A stretch of DNA of 50,091 bases from Minisyncoccota bacterium (GTDB lineage: Bacteria; Patescibacteriota; Minisyncoccia; Phycocordibacterales; JACOZG01). The stretch spans positions 1 to 50,091 of the forward strand of contig DATDVJ010000032.1 of the NCBI GenBank assembly GCA_036517595.1. Direction: 5' to 3'. The first letter of the stretch is position 1; every line of letters starts with the position of its first letter. The position numbers were made by a program, and so were the translations under genes. Shown here in pieces: positions 1-9,456 of the stretch. The notes under the pieces are model-generated. The model was given only the letters and a program-made list of their open reading frames with translations. It was not told the DNA's origin and made no database searches.

Positions 1-244
1 CTCGCACACCCCGTGTCACAGGGCGCACAATACGCCAGTAGAACCTGCGAAACTTTTGCACGATGGGTAGTAAGAATTTGATCATGTGTTTTTCCTTTCT
101 TTTGTGTTTATCAAAGAACTGTTGTTGTTCCAACTATTGGAGCAAACTCGGTATATTTCTAACACAACAACAGTCTTGAGTCAACACTTTGATTATTTTA
201 GGGTAAAGTCTAAATAATGAACCTGCGAATGCTAGAATTCTAGC

Positions 245-914
245 ATGGAACGCAGAAAGAAAAATTGTCCCAGTTGTTTGAAAACTAAATTCTGGAAAAC
301 CGGAGACGGGCGATTGAAATGTCGTCAGTGCCGGAAAACTTTCAAACCGAAAAACAACCCCTGCCGTCTCCGAGAAAAACTTTTACGACGAGTAATTTCC
401 GAATTTGTTCTCGAACATTCCACTAATGTTATTCTGGAGCGGGTGAAAATCACCAAACACAAACTACTGAAAACTCTGCGCCTCCTCCGCGTCTCCATGA
501 TCAAAGATGTGCCACCGATCTTTGAAGGAATAGTGGAAGTTGATGAGACTTATGTCGGTGGCCAATGGAGGAATAAACGGCTTGGAACCAAAGAGAACAT
601 CAGTGGAATCAAAACGAGGTCGGGGTACGACCAAGCAACCAGTCTTTGGGATCTTGTGTCGGAACGGCAAGGTGTTCGCGGAGTTGATTGACAGTGTTGA
701 AGCTGGTGATTTGCAACCGATCATTGAAAGGAAAGTTAAAAGGGGTTCAGTGGTTTGTTCAGACACTTGGCGTGGCTACACCGGTCTCGCCGTTAAGGGT
801 TATGTTCACTGAACGGTGGAACACGGCAAGAATGAGTACTCCGACCAGAAAGGAAATCACATCAACGGACTAGAAGGATTCTGGGGTTATCTCAAAAAGA
901 AAGGTCTTTATTAG
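245..914 (+). pseudogene. IS1595-family (ISXO2-like) transposase, degraded by one frameshift (about 590-615) and an in-frame TGA (810-812)
   Basis: ORF 245..691 opens with a CxxC...CxxC zinc ribbon (CPSC...CRQC) and VEVDETYVGG. Homology continues in a second frame (540..812: SKRGRGTTKQPVFGILCRNGKV...CSDTWRGYTGL). It then runs past the TGA as TVEHGKNEYSDQKGNHINGLEGFWGYLKKK to the TAG at 912-914. Confidence 0.75.
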
Positions 915-956
915 CAACATTATTTAAGCATTCGTAGTTATCAACAGGTCCGAATA

Positions 957-1199
957 TTGAACTTTACCCTTCCTAACGCGCGGCGAGGAAATGCCGAAGG
1001 CATTGGTAATACCCCTGAAGATTTACTCGTCATTAAAGAGAACAATTTATCGATACCAAACGCCGCCGAATGGGAGCTAAAAGCACAACGCCTCAATTCA
1101 ACCTCGCTTACAACACTTTTTCACATTGAGCCCTCGCCGCGCCCGAGCGTTCCGCCGGAGCGAAGCGGAGGCGGTCAGTCGTCGGGATTTGTTTGGTAA
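957..1199 (+). pseudogene. N-terminal remnant of an MvaI/BcnI-like type II restriction endonuclease
   Basis: This is a TTG-initiated 80-aa ORF. GIGNTPEDLLVIKENNLSIPNAAEWELKAQR...SLTTLFHIEP resembles, from memory, the N-terminal region of the MvaI/BcnI family. The rest of the enzyme is absent and no methyltransferase is nearby. Confidence 0.4.
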
Positions 1200-1228
1200 A
1201 AAGTTCGGATTTTGTTCATTTGCAACTT

Positions 1229-2203
1229 TCAAGCAAAATGGGTTTTGATGTACTCGGCGGTGTCGCTCATCGAGAAGGGTTGAGTGGAGTTGCCGACGCG
1301 AACGAAAAATTCTTCTTTGCCATCAGCATTTTTCAAATAGGCCGGTTTATGACTATTTTGAACATTGATTAAACAAACATCCTCATTGCCGATCCCTTCA
1401 AAGTTTACTTGCACATATTTGGCAAAAGGCAAGCCGATCATTGTTTTCATCAGTACCGCCAAATGATTCTCGAAGCCGTCGCGATTTTCCTTGTGCAAGG
1501 TGTGATAATCGTCCTTTAATCCACAGATGTCGCCCGCGTCATCAACGCCAATCAGGAGCGTTCCGCCCTCGGCATTTAGGAAGCCGACAATTGATTTCAT
1601 AATCGTTCTCTCAATTTCTTTATTGACCTCGTTTTTGCGTTTATCGAAGCGGAGTGTCGCTTTGAACTCTAGATTAGCGCTCTCCCCTCGCTCGAGTAGT
1701 GCTCGAGCATCTCTGGCCGGTTTTTGTTCAGTGAGACTCTCGACGGCTCGTTTAATGATCTTTACCTGCTCGTCGAAGTTGGAGATATTTCGCATTTTGG
1801 TCACTCGACCGTCGCGGTGTTCGATGATGATGGTCGCGTGATTTATTCGGCGGCTGAAAGGCGATTGATAGATCTCGATGGAAATGATGTCTGACAAGCT
1901 CACAGATTTTTGGTGGCGGAAGAAGATTCCGGACTTCCGGCTGATCTCCTTCTCGCCGATCTCGAAGTAGGTGAAGTACCAATTAACAAAGAGGGCCGAT
2001 AAGTAGCCGAGTTGGAAGAGAGAAGAGGCAATTAAAATAAAAATTTCATAACGAAGATAATGATGGAAGTTCCAACCTCGATAAAGTAACTCATAATTAC
2101 TGACGAAGGAGATCAGGAAAAGTATCACAAAGGCGATAATCTCCATCACCAAAACCTCCTTCAAAAAGACAAACGGCCCTTGTTTTACCACCATCTTGTT
2201 CAT
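1229..2203 (-). CDS. Membrane protein: N-terminal TM helices plus a bPH_2 (YdbS/YdbT-like) domain fused to a C-terminal AlbA_2/Schlafen-type putative nucleic-acid-binding domain
   Basis: Hydrophobic N-terminus (IIAFVILFLISF..., ILIASSLFQLGYLSALFV). bPH_2-like stretch YFEIGEKEISRKSGIFFRHQKSVSLSDIISIEIYQSPFSRRINHATIIIE. AlbA_2 signature ESANLEFKATL...IMKSIVGFLNAEGGTLLIGVDDAGDICGL. Confidence 0.7.
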   Translation of the reverse strand: MNKMVVKQGPFVFLKEVLVMEIIAFVILFLISFVSNYELLYRGWNFHHYLRYEIFILIASSLFQLGYLSALFVNWYFTYFEIGEKEISRKSGIFFRHQKSVSLSDIISIEIYQSPFSRRINHATIIIEHRDGRVTKMRNISNFDEQVKIIKRAVESLTEQKPARDARALLERGESANLEFKATLRFDKRKNEVNKEIERTIMKSIVGFLNAEGGTLLIGVDDAGDICGLKDDYHTLHKENRDGFENHLAVLMKTMIGLPFAKYVQVNFEGIGNEDVCLINVQNSHKPAYLKNADGKEEFFVRVGNSTQPFSMSDTAEYIKTHFA

Positions 2204-2266
2204 CTTCAGATTTTAGCATAAATCACTATACCCTTGCACGATGTATAGACATTTATATATACTTTA

Positions 2267-2518
2267 GTGATGATTGCAAATACTAAAATTCACAAAATTG
2301 GTAATAGTTTGGGAGTCTATATCTCTAAAAGAGTGGCTGAAAGGGCTGGATTGGACAAGGGAACATTAGTGCAAGTGCGTTCGGTCGGGCAGCGAATAAT
2401 TGTTGAGCCTGGTAGTCGTCGAGAAACATTGCAAGATCTACTAAAACGGTTCGACAAAAAAAAACATCAATCCATAGTTAATTTTAACAACGATGTCGAA
2501 CGAGAGATAATTGATTAA
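2267..2518 (+). CDS. mazE: MazE/AbrB-SpoVT-type antitoxin
   Basis: 83 aa with IHKIGNSLGVYISKRVAERAGLDKGTLV (SpoVT/AbrB swapped-hairpin motif). Its stop overlaps the ATG of the downstream toxin (ATGA-type junction at 2518). The start is GTG 2267 or ATG 2270. Confidence 0.75.
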   Translation: MMIANTKIHKIGNSLGVYISKRVAERAGLDKGTLVQVRSVGQRIIVEPGSRRETLQDLLKRFDKKKHQSIVNFNNDVEREIID

Positions 2519-2850
2519 TGAAAATTGTAACGCCGGAGCGAGGGGATATCGTTACGGCTAGTTTGGATCCTGTACATGGTCATGAGCAAAAGGGTCGTCG
2601 CCCGTTGTTGGTAATTTCTCACACTGATTTCAATGTTAAGACTGGCTTAGCTGTCGTTTGTCCAATTACTTCTAAAATTAGGGGCAGTCCGTTTGAGATC
2701 AATATTTTAGGAAAGCAAACCATTGGGGTCATTTTGACCAATCAAATTAGAACGATTGATTTTCATGTCCGACGAGCAATTATCTGTGATAGCGTAAACA
2801 GTTTTTGCCTGGAAGAGGTGATTGCTAAAATTAAGCTTATTATTGACTGA
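2518..2850 (+). CDS. mazF: MazF/PemK-family endoribonuclease toxin
   Basis: 110 aa with ERGDIV...LDPVHGHEQKGRRPLLVISHTDFN...GLAVVCPITSK, typical of PemK/MazF. It is coupled to the upstream antitoxin. Confidence 0.85.
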   Translation: MKIVTPERGDIVTASLDPVHGHEQKGRRPLLVISHTDFNVKTGLAVVCPITSKIRGSPFEINILGKQTIGVILTNQIRTIDFHVRRAIICDSVNSFCLEEVIAKIKLIID

Positions 2851-3771
2851 ATGAAATTTACTTCACTTTTGTTCATGCTGGCCCTACTTTCGATGGTGTA
2901 TCATTCACCAGCGCTTGAGCCGGCGACCCTTCTCTTCGTTGGCGATATCATGCTTTCGCGGGAAATCGGGAAGATTATGACGGAGAAAAATGATTGGACC
3001 TACCCGTTTCTCGAAATTAAAAATGTTTTAGGAAAAGCTGATCTTGTTATTGCTAACCTCGAAGGGCCAATTTCGAGTCGGGGGACCAAGGTGGGGAGCA
3101 TCTACTCCTTCCGCGCCGATCCACGCGCGGTGGTGGGTCTTACTTTTGCCAGCATGGATGTTGTTTCTCTGGCCAATAATCACATTTGGGATTATGGTCG
3201 TGAAGCATTCAGTGAGACACTCGAGATTTTGGAGGAAGCGAACATTGATTATATTGGCGGTGGCAAAGATTATTCCGAAGCTCATCAAGCCGTGGTCAGG
3301 GAAGTGAAAGGGACAAAGGTGGCGTTCTTGTCTTACACAGATCTGATTCCCAAAACAGTTACCGAAGAATTGTCGAGGCCGACGGTCGCCTTTTTGGATC
3401 TGGAACAAATAATTCCGGCTATTGCGCGAGCGAAAGAGTTAGCTGATCTGGTCGTGGTCACTTTCCATTGGGGTGATGAATATGAGACCAAGCATAACCA
3501 GAAACAAGAGGAAATCGCTCACGCGGTTATCGTGGCCGGTGCCGATCTGGTAGTTGGCCACCACCCCCATGTTGCCCAAGAAGTCGAAGAATATAAAGGT
3601 GGTTACATTGCTTACAGTCTCGGCAATTTCGTTTTCGATCAGAATTTCTCGGTCGACACTCGGTCTGGTCTAATGCTTGAAGTTACTCTGGAGAATAAAA
3701 AAATTGCTAAAGTTGATGGACAAAAAGTAAAGTTTACTTCGACCTACCAACCAATTTTGGATTTAGAATAA
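2851..3771 (+). CDS. CapA-family (PGA_cap) metallophosphatase-like protein with an N-terminal signal/anchor
   Basis: Motifs FVGDIMLSR, ANLEGPISS, LANNHIWDYG, HWGDEYE, VGHHPHVAQ and YSLGNFVFDQ match the CapA/poly-gamma-glutamate capsule family. Confidence 0.8.
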   Translation: MKFTSLLFMLALLSMVYHSPALEPATLLFVGDIMLSREIGKIMTEKNDWTYPFLEIKNVLGKADLVIANLEGPISSRGTKVGSIYSFRADPRAVVGLTFASMDVVSLANNHIWDYGREAFSETLEILEEANIDYIGGGKDYSEAHQAVVREVKGTKVAFLSYTDLIPKTVTEELSRPTVAFLDLEQIIPAIARAKELADLVVVTFHWGDEYETKHNQKQEEIAHAVIVAGADLVVGHHPHVAQEVEEYKGGYIAYSLGNFVFDQNFSVDTRSGLMLEVTLENKKIAKVDGQKVKFTSTYQPILDLE

Positions 3772-3788
3772 GGTGTTATAATCCGACA

Positions 3789-4379
3789 ATGGAGCCAGAA
3801 ATAAAAATGAGATGGTATCACCACCTTTCGCCCCGGGCATACATTTTGATGAGTCTTGGTCTGATATCATTGACGGCGGTTACTCTCTATTTAATGGGAC
3901 AAGTCCCTTGGTGCAAGTGCGGAGTGGTTCGGCTTTGGCATGGTGTCGTTTTTAGCGCCGAGAATTCGCAGCATCTATCAGATTGGTACACTTTTACTCA
4001 CATTATTCACGGTTTCGCTTTCTATCTTCTCTTTAAATTATTATTTCCACGATTACCGGTCCCCTTGCGTTTGCTACTGGCTATCGCGCTAGAGGGAGCT
4101 TGGGAAATTCTCGAAAACATGGACTTTATCATTAATCGTTACCGTGAGGTGACAATTTCACTCGACTATTTTGGTGATAGTGTTATCAATTCTGTTTCCG
4201 ATATTTTGGCGATGATTGTCGGGTTCTTTTTGGCCTCGCGGATCCGAATGGCGCTCTCGATTGCCTTGGTGGTTGTTTTCGAAGAGATGCTGGCCTATTT
4301 CATCAGAGATAATTTATTGATCAACATTATTATGCTGGTCTATCCTCTTGAAGCGCTCAAATTCTGGCAATTAGGTTAA
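3789..4379 (+). CDS. DUF2585/UPF0314-like integral membrane protein
   Basis: Multi-TM protein of 196 aa. The SDWYTFTHIIHGF motif is characteristic of the family, recalled from memory. Confidence 0.55.
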   Translation: MEPEIKMRWYHHLSPRAYILMSLGLISLTAVTLYLMGQVPWCKCGVVRLWHGVVFSAENSQHLSDWYTFTHIIHGFAFYLLFKLLFPRLPVPLRLLLAIALEGAWEILENMDFIINRYREVTISLDYFGDSVINSVSDILAMIVGFFLASRIRMALSIALVVVFEEMLAYFIRDNLLINIIMLVYPLEALKFWQLG

Positions 4380-4823
4380 TAATTCTTCGATCGCTTTTTT
4401 TATCGCGCCACCGTCGGCCTCACCATTCAAGTCTTTCATTACTGCACCAATGAGTTTACCAGTGTCTTTCTTGTTAGTGATTTTCAGTTCGGATATTTTG
4501 GCACGGACGCGCTCAGTTATCGCCTCGCGCGATAACTCTGGCGGCAGATAAGCCCGAATGGTTTCAAGCTCGGTGGCTTCCTGTTTTACGAGATCATCGC
4601 GACCACCTAGGCGAAATTGCTCAATTGAATCTTGACGCTGTTTAACCGCTCGGCGAATGAGAGTGGTCACTTCCCCGTCTTTTAAAATTTCATTCGGTTT
4701 CCGACGCGTGGCGATGAGTTCATTGGTGCAGGCGGCGAGAAGTCCGCGCACAGCATTCAGCTTCAGCACATTTTTTTCCAACATCGCTTTTTTCACATCA
4801 TCCTTAATTTGTTGGTGGAGCAT
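4371..4823 (-). CDS. GatB/YqeY domain protein
   Basis: 150 aa with KDDVKKAMLEKNVLKLNAVRGLL...IRRAVKQRQDSIEQF...E..IRAYLP, typical of YqeY. Confidence 0.85.
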   Translation of the reverse strand: MLHQQIKDDVKKAMLEKNVLKLNAVRGLLAACTNELIATRRKPNEILKDGEVTTLIRRAVKQRQDSIEQFRLGGRDDLVKQEATELETIRAYLPPELSREAITERVRAKISELKITNKKDTGKLIGAVMKDLNGEADGGAIKKAIEELLT

Positions 4824-4851
4824 CGCTCAATTGTAGCATATAATCCTTTTC

Positions 4852-7839
4852 ATGCCATCGAGTAAGTTTGATAAATTATATCGACAGTTGAACCCGGCCC
4901 AGCGGGCGGCCGTTGACACCATCGACGGACCGGTGATGGTGGTCGCCGGTCCGGGGACGGGGAAGACGCAAGTGCTCACTCTCCGTATCGCCAATATCCT
5001 GCGTCTTACTGACACGAGCCCCGATAGTATTCTGGCCATCACTTTTACCAATTCCGGTGTCCACTCGATGCGCGAACGCTTGGTCGAGACGATCGGTAGC
5101 CGTGCTTATCAGGTCGCAATTCACACTTTCCACGGTTTTTGCAACGAATTGATTAAACGTTATCCTGAACACTTCCCAAGAATTGTGGGGGCTCGTCCAG
5201 CCAATCAAGCTGACGAGCTTAAGGTGATGGAGAATGTTATTAATCAGAGTCATCTCAATCTTCTCAAACCTTGGAATGATCCGTATCACTATCTCACGGC
5301 GGCGCTCGCGGCCACTGATCGCCTGAAAAAAGAGAATCTCTCACCCCGTGATTTCAAAGTAATTGTGGCTCGGGCGATTAGTGAGTTTGAGGCGACACCA
5401 GATCTTTGTCACGATAAGGGAGCACACGCTGGTAAAATACGAGGCAAATATCACTCTCAACGCTCACAGCTCTTTAAGAACCGCGAATTGGTGATTATCT
5501 ATCGCCGTTATGAAGCCGCACTCGCGGCGAAGAAGTTGTACGATTTCAGCGACATGGTGATGGAGGTGATCCGCGTGGTCGAAGCTGATGAAGATTTTCG
5601 CCTGATGCTTCAAGAAGAATACCAATATCTTTTAGCCGACGAGCATCAAGACGCTAACCAGTCGCAGAACCGCCTTCTCGAGCTCCTCGCTAGCTTCCAT
5701 GAATCCCCGAACCTCTTCATTGTTGGGGACGACAAGCAAGCCATCTTCCAGTTCCAAGGGGCGTCACTTGATAACTTTAATTATTTCCGACGGCTGTATC
5801 CGCGCGCGCGGCTGATTACCTTGACTGACAACTATCGCTCGACCCAAGAGATTCTTGATGCGGCTCGCAGTGTCATTCTCTCGAGCCAATCAATCACTGC
5901 TGATAGTCGAATCAAGTTACGGTCACGATCCTTGACTAATCAAACGGGGTCTAACAATCGCGAGCGAGTCAGAGTCTACGTCGCTTCTGATGCGGTTCAT
6001 GAACTTCGCTTTCTGGTAAATGACCTCGAGTTGCGGATTAAAGGCGGGACGCCGCGGCGAGAACTCGCGGTTCTCTATCGTGATAATCGTGACGCGGAAG
6101 CGATTATCGAGGCACTCGAGCGCGCCAATTTGCCTTATCGAGTGGCGGCGAGCACCAATGTTTTGACCGATATTGATATTCAGAAATTAATTGCTCTGCT
6201 TAGGGCGATTCATCACTTCGGCGATGATCGATATTTGATTCCGGTTCTTCAGCTCAACCTTTTCGGTCTCAATGGGCTTGATCTCTATCGCTTGAATGAG
6301 TATGCCCTCGGTAAGCGGCTCAATCTTTATTGGTTGATCAATGATCGTAAGCAATTACAACGACTTGGTCTTAAGCAAGCGACGGCGATTAATAATTTAT
6401 ATCAAATGCTCGAACGTTGGCACCAGATAAGTCACAATCAGACGATCACTGATCTTTTCGGGGCGGTTATTAATGAATCCGGTTTCCTTAAAACTTTACT
6501 CAAACATCCACGGGCGGTGGAGAAATTGAGTCGTTTGCACGCCTTTTTTGACGAGTTGAAGTCGCTCGTCGCGGCGGAGCCGCGCTACTCCCTTGCACAG
6601 TTTCTCGATCACTTGGCAACACTCGAGACGCATAGTGCCCCCTTGGGGAAGTCGACCACGATCGAGTCGGATGGCATTCAGATCTCGACTGTTCACCGTG
6701 CCAAGGGATTGGAGTGGGATTATGTCTACATTATGGGCGCTTATGATGGCCACTTTGGTCATCGTCGCCGTCATAATCGTTTTCTCCTTCCGACGCGAGG
6801 TGAAACCCTGCCGTTAGTTATTAATGATAAAGAAGAGGATGAGCGGCGACTTTTCTATGTGGCGCTCACCAGAGCGCGACGAGGGGTGACGATTAGTTTT
6901 GCCGCGAAGAGTGAGAGCGATCGGCGGCAATTACCGAGCCAGTTTATCGAAGAGATTGATAAAACCTTGGTCGACTATTTACCAGTGACCCAAAATGCGG
7001 CCGGACACGATGATCTCTTACCTCGACGGGAATCTGGTTTAGGCCTGCGTCATCACGAGTACTTGCGACGGCTATTCCGTCAACAAGGTCTCTCGGTAAC
7101 GGCGCTCAATAATTATCTCCGTTGCCCCTTACGTTACTATTTCCAGAATCTTCTGCGTTTGGTAAAAGTTAAAGACCGACGGCTCATCTATGGTACGGCG
7201 ATGCACGGAGCGATGTTTGATTTTTTCGAAGAATATCGCCAGGGGAAAAAACCGGGGGGAACTTTATTAACCAAATCGCTCAAAAATCGCCTCGAGCGCG
7301 AAGCGTTATCAGTTACCGACCAGTTGGCGGTACTCAAACGGGGGACTAAAGCTCTCGCCGGTTATTATGATCAGCATAAAAAAACTTTTATTCCGCCGCT
7401 TATAAACGAGCTTTCGGTTCGCGGTGTTTTACTTGACTCGAAATCATCGCGCCTTGTGCCCCCGATTCGACTCGTCGGCCAGATTGATAAAGTTGAATTA
7501 CTGGATGATGGAAATACGGTGCGAGTGGTGGATTATAAAACCGGTCGCCCAGGGAAAACGGATGATTATTGGCGCCAATTGGTTTTTTATAAACTCCTGC
7601 TCGATCGTTGGACGAATGGGAAGTATGAAGTGAGAGAAGGAGAGTTAGATTTTTTGGAACCGGCGAAGAATGGGATTTACAAGCGAGAGTTTTTCACCAT
7701 CACTCGTGAAGACACTAAAATTTTGGCAACCACTGTTCGTCAGGTGGCCGCCGAGATTCTCTCACTTGATTTCCTAAACCGTGGCTGTCACAAATCCGAT
7801 TGCCAATTTTGCACCCTCTGGGCGATGTCGCAGTCTTGA
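4852..7839 (+). CDS. UvrD/PcrA-type SF1 helicase fused to a C-terminal PD-(D/E)XK (AddB/Cas4-like) nuclease with a Cys cluster
   Basis: Walker A AGPGTGKT, DEHQD (motif II), and the VHRAKGLEWDYV and YVALTRAR helicase motifs. C-terminal LNNYLRCPLRYYF ... IDKVE...VVDYKTG ... CHKSDCQFC. Confidence 0.85.
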   Translation: MPSSKFDKLYRQLNPAQRAAVDTIDGPVMVVAGPGTGKTQVLTLRIANILRLTDTSPDSILAITFTNSGVHSMRERLVETIGSRAYQVAIHTFHGFCNELIKRYPEHFPRIVGARPANQADELKVMENVINQSHLNLLKPWNDPYHYLTAALAATDRLKKENLSPRDFKVIVARAISEFEATPDLCHDKGAHAGKIRGKYHSQRSQLFKNRELVIIYRRYEAALAAKKLYDFSDMVMEVIRVVEADEDFRLMLQEEYQYLLADEHQDANQSQNRLLELLASFHESPNLFIVGDDKQAIFQFQGASLDNFNYFRRLYPRARLITLTDNYRSTQEILDAARSVILSSQSITADSRIKLRSRSLTNQTGSNNRERVRVYVASDAVHELRFLVNDLELRIKGGTPRRELAVLYRDNRDAEAIIEALERANLPYRVAASTNVLTDIDIQKLIALLRAIHHFGDDRYLIPVLQLNLFGLNGLDLYRLNEYALGKRLNLYWLINDRKQLQRLGLKQATAINNLYQMLERWHQISHNQTITDLFGAVINESGFLKTLLKHPRAVEKLSRLHAFFDELKSLVAAEPRYSLAQFLDHLATLETHSAPLGKSTTIESDGIQISTVHRAKGLEWDYVYIMGAYDGHFGHRRRHNRFLLPTRGETLPLVINDKEEDERRLFYVALTRARRGVTISFAAKSESDRRQLPSQFIEEIDKTLVDYLPVTQNAAGHDDLLPRRESGLGLRHHEYLRRLFRQQGLSVTALNNYLRCPLRYYFQNLLRLVKVKDRRLIYGTAMHGAMFDFFEEYRQGKKPGGTLLTKSLKNRLEREALSVTDQLAVLKRGTKALAGYYDQHKKTFIPPLINELSVRGVLLDSKSSRLVPPIRLVGQIDKVELLDDGNTVRVVDYKTGRPGKTDDYWRQLVFYKLLLDRWTNGKYEVREGELDFLEPAKNGIYKREFFTITREDTKILATTVRQVAAEILSLDFLNRGCHKSDCQFCTLWAMSQS

Positions 7840-7874
7840 AGTCTTAAACTTTTGACGGCCGTAAATAATTTGAG

Positions 7875-7912
7875 AGGTGTAAAATTGTAACGATCGTAAA
7901 CATTTTACACCT
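7875..7912. terminator. 11-bp hairpin between convergent genes (putative bidirectional terminator, weak U-tract)
   Basis: AGGTGTAAAAT-N16-ATTTTACACCT lies between the helicase stop (7839) and the MFS stop (7938). Confidence 0.4.
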
Positions 7913-7937
7913 GACACAAAAACAAACATAGAATATC

Positions 7938-9065
7938 CTATCTCGTATCTTCGAGCGTCAGCGAGAAGTAGAGGCCGAGGAGGAGCAGAAAACTAATGAA
8001 GATAAAAAGAGAGAGGAGAGAGAAGAACTGAAGCATGATAATGCTCGCGAGCGAACCAGTGAGATAAGCTAGGGGGATTGTTAGTCGCGATAAGCTGATC
8101 ACTCCGAGATCACCCGCCGACACTTTTTTAAACAAATAAGTTTCTTTCATTGATTCGATCGCGCTGGCGCCAACCCGAGTTAAGAAAAGGAGGCCGGCCC
8201 ACACGGCGAAGCTCTGGCTGGTGAGCGAGGCGATCGGGATTGTGGCCAAGGCAGCGATGATTAGTCCGAGACTCAAAATTTCTTTTTCTCCCAATTTGCG
8301 ATCGGCGAGCCAGCCAAGTGGATATTCGATAAGAACGAAGGGGAGAAGCATAATAGTGAAGATAAGCCCGATTTTACCCCAGTCGAAGGCCAGAGTGTCA
8401 TGGAGATAAATTGGCAAATAAATCACCATGAAGAAATAGAAAAGGTTGAGCAAGAAATCAATCACCAGTATTTTCCGAAGATTGAGGTCGCGGAGTTTCT
8501 CCCATAGTCGTAAGCCGTTGGCCGGTAGCGGTCGATCGGTAAGTCGCCAAAACATTTGATAAAGGAGTGGCAAGGCGACGAGACCAGATAGCCAGTAGAT
8601 GGTTTGATAACTACCGGTGTAATCAATCGACTGGCCACTGATGTAAGGAGCAATCAAAACGGCCGCGTTTATGGTGGTGAGGTAACCACCACGAATACGG
8701 CCAGTGCGCTTGTCAGAAGATAGGGTTTCGAGATAAATATCAAGCCAGAGACCAAGGCCAACAATGCTTGAATAAGAAATAATAAAAGCCAGAACCTCGA
8801 TGACTGGTGTCCGACTCATGGCAAGGGTAATGATTCCAATAAAAAAGGCGATCGCGAACCACCGGCTCGGTTTAAGAATTCCGAAGCGCTGGCCAAGCGT
8901 GGGGATAAGCGAGATGGTGAGCATGGCAACCAAAGCGGCTAGCGCATAAACAAAACCGACATTCTTCTCGCCGACAATGGTCCCGAGGAATGACGAGTTA
9001 ACATAATAGGCGAGCGCGGCGCTTAGGGTGAGTGAGAAACCGGCGAGAAAAATGTTGCGGGTCAT
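7938..9065 (-). CDS. MFS-type transporter
   Basis: 375 aa with about 12 hydrophobic segments and a central basic loop (LRKILVIDF), which is MFS-like topology. Substrate unknown. Confidence 0.7.
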   Translation of the reverse strand: MTRNIFLAGFSLTLSAALAYYVNSSFLGTIVGEKNVGFVYALAALVAMLTISLIPTLGQRFGILKPSRWFAIAFFIGIITLAMSRTPVIEVLAFIISYSSIVGLGLWLDIYLETLSSDKRTGRIRGGYLTTINAAVLIAPYISGQSIDYTGSYQTIYWLSGLVALPLLYQMFWRLTDRPLPANGLRLWEKLRDLNLRKILVIDFLLNLFYFFMVIYLPIYLHDTLAFDWGKIGLIFTIMLLPFVLIEYPLGWLADRKLGEKEILSLGLIIAALATIPIASLTSQSFAVWAGLLFLTRVGASAIESMKETYLFKKVSAGDLGVISLSRLTIPLAYLTGSLASIIMLQFFSLLSLFIFISFLLLLGLYFSLTLEDTR

Positions 9066-9262
9066 AACGAAAAAAACTTTACTACTTCTAACTTAATATT
9101 TTCTAGTCGCTGATTTGACACCTTCCCTTTCCGCGAAAGAATTCTTTTCTGTGAAATAATTTTTATTTGGTGAATGCACAGAGCGCTAGTGACACCTTTC
9201 CATTCAAACGGAGTGTATCCGGCAATGTCTTTCATTTTGTTTGAAATACATCTTTTTAACAT
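9062..9262 (-). CDS. Hypothetical small protein (66 aa)
   Basis: The only support is an ATGA stop/start overlap with the MFS gene. No recognisable domain. Confidence 0.3.
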   Translation of the reverse strand: MLKRCISNKMKDIAGYTPFEWKGVTSALCIHQIKIISQKRILSRKGKVSNQRLENIKLEVVKFFSL

Positions 9263-9456
9263 TTACGACCCCTTGCGGGGCCGTTGACGCCTAACGGCGT
9301 TGGTATTTCTATATTACCTGAAGTGACAGAGGAAAGTCAATCAAAAATTACCCTGTGGATAACCAAAAAGAAAGGGCGACCGTTTCCGCTCGCCCTAGTG
9401 ATTATCGGGGTTCCCTCCATAGGTGGGCAAGCGCGCGAATGATATGATTAGGTCAA

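Noticed and set aside
114-177. A long-range inverted repeat, CTGTTGTTGT (119-128) / ACAACAACAG (164-173), lies upstream of the IS1595 pseudogene, together with a direct repeat GAACCTGCGAA (40-50 and 219-229)
   Set aside because: This could be IS-end debris or a small hairpin. No function or family is assignable from the sequence alone, and the window edge truncates the context.
810-812. The in-frame TGA inside the IS1595 transposase could be evidence for TGA recoding (code 4/25)
   Set aside because: TGA clearly terminates well-supported genes in the same window: mazF at 2848-2850, the helicase at 7837-7839 and the rSAM gene at 47316-47318. The same transposase also carries a frameshift. It is an ordinary pseudogene.
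1527-1841. Many track ORFs are nested in or antisense to large genes. Examples: 1527..1841, 3028..3408, 4876..5289, 15131..16036, 17262..17823, 21087..22253, 28149..28856, 33126..33512, 41137..41480, 47362..48728
   Set aside because: Each lies inside a longer ORF with clear family motifs on the other strand or in another frame. They are shadow ORFs with no independent support.
9263-9456. The intergenic region upstream of the Zn-type ABC operon could hold a Zur box or riboswitch
   Set aside because: It contains only short GC hairpins (CCCC-TTGC-GGGG, ACGCC-TAAC-GGCGT, GGGCGA-N10-TCGCCC). I found no palindrome resembling known Zur/Fur operators.
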